From the IMG/VR virus record IMGVR_UViG_3300032007_000010: DNA of 64,000 nt; one strand, 5' to 3'. The position numbers and the translations under genes are program-made. Positions within the stretch are counted from its first letter, which is position 1. Each line of letters opens with the position of its first letter. Below the pieces are notes generated by a model. The model was not told the origin of the DNA and did not search any database. It saw nothing but the letters and a program-made list of their open reading frames with translations. This document shows, piece after piece, positions 58,671 through 64,000 of the stretch. The stretch is from a virus. Its lineage: Duplodnaviria; Caudoviricetes.

Positions 58671-58749
58671 TCATAGATAACAGCCCCGCCTCCATCAAGG
58701 GGCGGGGCACCCATCGTTTCAAAATCAATCAATAAAGGAGGAATTTCAC

Positions 58750-60075
58750 ATGGGAATCGTATCGGGCTTCGGAGCAAATCCCGGCATCGGAGCCGTGATT
58801 GATCTTAGGAAGAAGGTTGAACTCTGCCCGAGCATCATCGTGAATGTGCCCACCGGCAGCACGGTATCCTGCACGAAGGGTACGATCAGTCTCACCGCAC
58901 TGTCCATCGATGTTGGAGCGGAGACGGATACCCATACCTTCCAACCCACCGAGGAGGGAACCTGGACGCTGAGAGCCACGCTCGGTGAGGACGAGAGTGA
59001 AACCGAGGTGTTGGTCGAGAAGACCAACTACGAAGAGGATCTCGAATACTTCACCAATCCCATCGAGGGAAATGTTGTGCCCGGTCAGGTTGTCACCTTT
59101 GACAACAAGAGCTGGATTGTCCAGCACGTGGATGGAAACATTGCCTATTTGGCATCCAACGGGATTCTGTCCACGGGTGCGTTCAACAGCAACAGCAGAA
59201 ACGCGTACCTTGGCTCGGATCTAGCAGCCAAAGCTGCTGACTACCAAACAAACAACATGAGTGCCAAAGCGCTCAAATATTGTCAGGATGTTACCGTCAA
59301 CGGAGTTACCAGCAAGGTCTTCATTCCCTCTAAAGCTCAGTATGAATCCGAATGGAGCTGGCCGTCTGCCTCGGCGGACAACCGCAAGCAGACCGGCGGC
59401 AACAGCTGGTATTGGACCTCTTCGCCGTATCCCAACGACTCCAGCAATGTGTGGTTCGTGGATGGCAACTTCAACAGCATCATCGCCAACTATGCCGATG
59501 GCGGTTTCCGGCCCGCGGTGGCCGTGAAGTTCCGCAAGGAGATCGGAGACGGTGAATATGGTTCTTCCAAGATCGCCGGCACTCTGGAGAAGGGTCAATT
59601 CGTCAAATTTGATGGGCAGGATTGGATCGTTGCCAATGTATCTGGTTCAACCTATACGTTGATGTTGAAGAAGATGACGGAGACCACTGCATTTGGATCC
59701 AGCACAACATACTCTGGCAGCACCATCGCATCCAAGTGCACGACCTTCCAGAACGCGATGTCGGCCAATGCACTGTCAGTGGTCAACTCGAAGACGGTCC
59801 AGAGCTTCACCGCCAAGGTATGGATTGCAACAAAATCCGACATCGAATCCTGGACCGATACTGCTAATCCGACCAGTTCTGCCTGGTCTGGTATCAGAAA
59901 ATGGTCTGGAACCACTGAAGATGACTATGCCGTGTCGGGTATCTATACCTATTGGTGCTCTGATCTGGACGGTTCCAGCTTTGTCTGGGAGGCCGAGAAT
60001 CAAGGTAATTTCGGCAGCAGCGCTCCGGCTGCTGTGTTTGGCTTCCGTCCCTGTATCGAAGTCACCCAAAGCTAA
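58750..60075 (+). CDS. Protein with two tandem CLec-like domains (VR-like 59410-59514 and 59950-60051)
   Basis: GFRPAV and GFRPCIEV domain ends. Confidence 0.75.
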   Translation: MGIVSGFGANPGIGAVIDLRKKVELCPSIIVNVPTGSTVSCTKGTISLTALSIDVGAETDTHTFQPTEEGTWTLRATLGEDESETEVLVEKTNYEEDLEYFTNPIEGNVVPGQVVTFDNKSWIVQHVDGNIAYLASNGILSTGAFNSNSRNAYLGSDLAAKAADYQTNNMSAKALKYCQDVTVNGVTSKVFIPSKAQYESEWSWPSASADNRKQTGGNSWYWTSSPYPNDSSNVWFVDGNFNSIIANYADGGFRPAVAVKFRKEIGDGEYGSSKIAGTLEKGQFVKFDGQDWIVANVSGSTYTLMLKKMTETTAFGSSTTYSGSTIASKCTTFQNAMSANALSVVNSKTVQSFTAKVWIATKSDIESWTDTANPTSSAWSGIRKWSGTTEDDYAVSGIYTYWCSDLDGSSFVWEAENQGNFGSSAPAAVFGFRPCIEVTQS

Positions 60076-60093
60076 CAAAGGAGGTATATCATC

Positions 60094-61146
60094 ATGGCGT
60101 TTCTGTCTCTCGGTGTTCTCAATCGGAACAAACCAAACATCAGGGATGTCCTCCTGCACAAACCCTCAACATCGTCCCAGCTCGTATATACCGGGGAGTC
60201 GCTCTCCCCGGTCTGGGACAACTATGATCCGGACAAACTCACCATCTCCGGGGATCTCTCCGGGATCAACGCTGGTACCTATACCACGACATTCACTCCG
60301 AAGCTCGGAGTATTCTGGGAGGATGGGACAAGTAACCCGTACAATGTTGGCTGGAGCATCGGCAAGGCCACACCCACCGCAAGCATCGACAAGAGTACCG
60401 TGACCCTGGATGCGAGCAAGACCTCCGACACAATCACGGTGACCACGAATTCGGATGGTGCGGTCAGTGCAAGCAGTGACAACACCGGAGTTGCCACGAC
60501 CAGCGTATCCGGAAAGGTTGTGACCGTTTCTTCGGTCAACGATACCACCGGCAGCGCCAATGTCAGCATCGGTGTCGGTGCCGGAAATAATTACATCGCC
60601 TATCCGAGCGTCATGAGCGTGGCGGTCACCACCAGCTTCTTTGTCAATCCGCTCAACAAGGATACCATGACACTTGGGGATGAAACCGTTTACTTCACCG
60701 CCTATCCGTCCATTACCTGGCAGGTACAGCATCTGGATGGGAATTATGCCTATCTGGCGTTGTATCCGATAACTGAACGGAGTGTATTTGGTTCCAGTAC
60801 AACCTATTCCGGATCCACCATTGCACAGAAGTGCACAGACTATCTGAATAACACCATACCCAATGTTGCTGACTATCTGGAAGAGGTCACTGTGAACGGT
60901 GTCACTGCTAAGGTCTTCATTCCTTCTAAAGCTATGTATCAGACCGAGTGGAATTGGCCGAAGACCAGCGCTTCCAATCGTAGTTGCATGATAAACGGTG
61001 CCTATATAGCATATTGTACATCTACTGCGGCCGACTCCGGCAGTGTGTGGAGCGTGAGTGGCGATGGCAACTTCTACAGCGGCTACGGCCCGTCGGCTGC
61101 GTTCGGCTTCCGTCCAGCGGTTAAAGTTAAATATAAAGCTTTGTAA
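60094..61146 (+). CDS. Ig-like repeats plus CLec-like domain (VR-like 61012-61116)
   Basis: Thr/Ser-rich Ig-like segments (NAGTY, SSDNTGVATTSV) followed by GFRPAVKV. Confidence 0.72.
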   Translation: MAFLSLGVLNRNKPNIRDVLLHKPSTSSQLVYTGESLSPVWDNYDPDKLTISGDLSGINAGTYTTTFTPKLGVFWEDGTSNPYNVGWSIGKATPTASIDKSTVTLDASKTSDTITVTTNSDGAVSASSDNTGVATTSVSGKVVTVSSVNDTTGSANVSIGVGAGNNYIAYPSVMSVAVTTSFFVNPLNKDTMTLGDETVYFTAYPSITWQVQHLDGNYAYLALYPITERSVFGSSTTYSGSTIAQKCTDYLNNTIPNVADYLEEVTVNGVTAKVFIPSKAMYQTEWNWPKTSASNRSCMINGAYIAYCTSTAADSGSVWSVSGDGNFYSGYGPSAAFGFRPAVKVKYKAL

Positions 61147-61532
61147 AGATGATGCTTGTGTGTTTACTCATATATCAATCATTCACGATGTAATTATCAG
61201 CTGAATTTGTCCCAGGGGCCATCATAGTGCTCCTGGGACACGTTTTTGTACAACGGCTATCCATTCTCAATGTTCTCGGCTTTGTCACTGTTCTGGCACC
61301 AAAGAAAGAGATCGGTGATGAGCTGATATATGGATGAGGATGATCCCGGACGTTGTGATATGCTGGAAAAGATGCGTCGCAACATTAAATACAATAACTT
61401 TCATCCGATCAGCAGTCACTATCCGGACTGCTACTATCTTTTGCCACATGCGGCATGCTGGAACATGGACTAGCAACGATTCAAACGAAGAAAAGACGGA
61501 CCCGACCTGGGTCCGTCTCTTTTTTTTTGTTG

Positions 61533-61823
61533 TCAATCGTGTTTTTCGAGCATGTCGTACCCGGAGACCTCACCATTTTCCGCGAGTAGCTCGGAGGCAT
61601 CCTCGTTGAACGGGACTGTTCCAAAGTATTTCTCGCAGTCCTTGTTGGTGCAGAGGAACACAGGCTCACCGCGCAGAAAAATACCAACCTTGGCGCCACA
61701 TTTTGGGCAGACCTCGGGCACATCCTCACCCTTGTCATTCTTGCGTGGGATCTTTTTGTTCGATTTCTCGTTGAGCAACATTCCAGCTGTCTCCAGGAGT
61801 TGCTTCAGTTCGTTATCATTCAT
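61533..61823 (-). CDS. Small zinc-ribbon protein
   Basis: CPKCG..C...C, GAGGAG RBS. Confidence 0.65.
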   Translation of the reverse strand: MNDNELKQLLETAGMLLNEKSNKKIPRKNDKGEDVPEVCPKCGAKVGIFLRGEPVFLCTNKDCEKYFGTVPFNEDASELLAENGEVSGYDMLEKHD

Positions 61824-61836
61824 GGATATTCTCTCC

Positions 61837-63900
61837 TCACATGATGAGTCCAATGAGCGATTCCATTTCAGCACTCACAGACTCGTTGGTGGTCTTTTCC
61901 TGGGATTCGATGAATTTCTCGAGCTCCTCCATGGCCGAGAGCTGCTGCTTCTCGATCTCGGCAAGCTTCTTGGCGATGCTCTCGCAGGCTCTGGAGGATT
62001 GACGTTCGATCTCGGTCAGAGTGTTCACCGAGGATTTGGTGGTGTTCGCGTCCTCGATGATGATCTGATTGAGTTCCACAGAATCCTTGGTTTTGTCGGA
62101 GGAAACATTTTTGTGTCTCTCGAACCATTCCTTGATGCTCTTGATCATGTTTCTGACAATTTCGATGAATCGAGCGAATAGCTTTCTCAGGAAATCGATC
62201 GCCTTCTTGACAGCAGTTTTCACATGACTCCAGAGGGTTGCAACCGTGATTGCCTCCAGCAAGGTTCCCTCGTCGAGCACAGGAACATCGAATTCGTCAT
62301 CCGTCGACTGTGCAAAGTACCATGCCTCGCCGAGCATCTCGGCCGCCTCGTTTAGGTAGCTCTCGGCCGAAGCGTATAGATCAACATCCATCGCATCCTC
62401 GACGATGAGCGAATTCCTGGCATAGTGAACCTTCACACCTTTGATCTTCTTGAACTTCGGATCCAGATTCATATGACCCGGATTGCACATCGAGAGATAG
62501 ATGTTCTTTGAACCATGATCGATTAGACTCTGGAGCAGTTCATTCACATCGGTGAAGGTACCATGTTCGGTGGAAATCGGCTGGCAAGTCCAGACCATAT
62601 CACGATTGGCACGTCGAATCAATTCATTGCCAGCGCGAGCTCCACGATTTGTGATCTTCGACTGATCTGCGATCTCATCCTTGTACTTTTGATAATCAGT
62701 CCAGAGTTTGTGAGCATTCTTCTTATCGGAATCGGTCAGATCATTGTCTGGATAATGTTTGTCAAAATCAACAACATATTTGATTATCTGCCATGAGCAG
62801 TAGGGATTATCGATTGGATCAAGTTCCTTTTCAAAAAACTTATCAAGCGACTTGTTTTGGTTCTGATAGTTGCGCAGAGCCTTCTTCTGCATATCCAATA
62901 TTTTCTTATCAGAATCGGAGGGTTCACCTTTGCTCTCTACTCGTTTGATGGCAGATTCAAGGCCGTCGATCATGTCGTCGTTGGATATGTGTAGATACTC
63001 GAGTGCACTGTTTAGTTCATATGCACCATGCTCGAACGCATCGAAATAATCCTTCACCTTTCGTTTCGAATCAAGCAGATCGATCTCGGTTTTATGCTTA
63101 ATGCGTCTCATTTCTCTGTTGGTCGTATTGGCATCCTTGTATTTGTAGCTACCATGACATGAAACAACGGTATCGTACTCGATGCAATGCTGAATAATAC
63201 GATCGATGGTTTCGGTATGCTCAAAACCCGTTTTCCCCTTGGTTACGTAGAATTTTCCCGCTCCGAGCTTGGAGAAGTCGTAACCGTAGCTCGTCTTGAA
63301 GCTCTTCTCATTGTCCTTGAGGGCATCCTTGATATTCTTCACCGAAAGCGCTCGTACCTGATCATCATTGGACTCGAGTCCACGCATGAGCACCAGTGCC
63401 TCGGCTTCGGTGTATCCGAGTAGCTCATGATTCATGGAAAGCATTGCTCGGAGCGCCGCACAGATCATGTCACAATAGTCGATGCGGCTTTGGATCATGC
63501 GATGAACTTTCTTTGGATCAGTCTCCTTTGTTCCATACCCAACCGAGAGAATCAATTCGCTTGCAAGATTGTCCCAATCACTACGATACTCGGCGTTTTC
63601 TCCGGTATATTCAGCAAAGCGTTCTGCAAAGGTTTTGATCGAAGAGCACATGCGTTCAAAGACGAGCAGGTTATTATTACGCTGAAGCAGTTCTTTGGTA
63701 TCATAGATGCCGGCTCTAACCTTGGTGTTGCGAGAATTTTCTAGGTACTGGTCGATCTTGTTGTACTTGTCGGTTAGTTCATCAAGATGAGCACTCGCCA
63801 TCGCATTGTAAGCACCAACAATGTTCTCGGAGAGCAGGATCGCTTCGTCGCGTTCCTTGTGATAGTCCTCGATGGCGATGTGAATCATGTCATCCAGCAC
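61837..63900 (-). CDS. Probable internal head protein (may extend upstream beyond the window)
   Basis: Long ORF with repeated xxE|S/A/D motifs (LNEA, LLEA, TNES, IVED). Confidence 0.6.
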   Translation of the reverse strand: MLDDMIHIAIEDYHKERDEAILLSENIVGAYNAMASAHLDELTDKYNKIDQYLENSRNTKVRAGIYDTKELLQRNNNLLVFERMCSSIKTFAERFAEYTGENAEYRSDWDNLASELILSVGYGTKETDPKKVHRMIQSRIDYCDMICAALRAMLSMNHELLGYTEAEALVLMRGLESNDDQVRALSVKNIKDALKDNEKSFKTSYGYDFSKLGAGKFYVTKGKTGFEHTETIDRIIQHCIEYDTVVSCHGSYKYKDANTTNREMRRIKHKTEIDLLDSKRKVKDYFDAFEHGAYELNSALEYLHISNDDMIDGLESAIKRVESKGEPSDSDKKILDMQKKALRNYQNQNKSLDKFFEKELDPIDNPYCSWQIIKYVVDFDKHYPDNDLTDSDKKNAHKLWTDYQKYKDEIADQSKITNRGARAGNELIRRANRDMVWTCQPISTEHGTFTDVNELLQSLIDHGSKNIYLSMCNPGHMNLDPKFKKIKGVKVHYARNSLIVEDAMDVDLYASAESYLNEAAEMLGEAWYFAQSTDDEFDVPVLDEGTLLEAITVATLWSHVKTAVKKAIDFLRKLFARFIEIVRNMIKSIKEWFERHKNVSSDKTKDSVELNQIIIEDANTTKSSVNTLTEIERQSSRACESIAKKLAEIEKQQLSAMEELEKFIESQEKTTNESVSAEMESLIGLIM

Positions 63901-64000
63901 ACCACCGTGAACAAAATCGGCTTTTTCCAGATGATCCGGATGTGCAATGTTTGTTCCATTCCACTCGGCACGGAGGCGCTCTTCGTTCCATCCTTTATGT

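Noticed and set aside
55823-61532. DGR template repeat or reverse transcriptase near the VR genes
   Set aside because: No AAC-rich non-coding copy and no RT-motif ORF found in the window, so DGR activity is not claimed
1-64000. CRISPR array, tRNA or rRNA genes
   Set aside because: No regularly spaced repeats or cloverleaf/rRNA signatures noticed by eye; a tRNAscan run would be needed to exclude tRNAs fully

Overview
This window looks like part of a jumbo phage genome of the phiKZ/AR9 type, probably infecting an anaerobic Firmicute (strong AGGAGG ribosome-binding sites, nrdD/nrdG). Core genes: anaerobic ribonucleotide reductase nrdD split by three group I introns, nrdG, probable tail sheath and tube, terminase large subunit, a split family-B DNA polymerase (exonuclease to motif A) and a multisubunit RNA polymerase beta' N-terminal subunit. 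Also present are coaD, a NAGPA plus peptidoglycan-binding hydrolase, a 2033-aa multi-enzyme polyprotein, many small early genes and a tail-fibre cluster. Main observations: (1) the RNAP catalytic motif DYDGD is spread over three exons, with a 10-nt micro-exon between a group I intron (antisense GIY-YIG) and an ORF-less group II intron whose EBS2 pairs only with the already spliced exon junction; (2) six C-type-lectin-like GFRP domains carry a DGR-style AAY-codon hypermutation signature, but no RT or template repeat is visible here; (3) one nrdD intron appears to end in A instead of G; (4) an HNH cassette brought a recoded replacement 3' end for the gene it interrupted; (5) two phage promoter classes can be read from the intergenic sequence. 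All assignments come from motif recognition and manual base-pairing; no searches were run.
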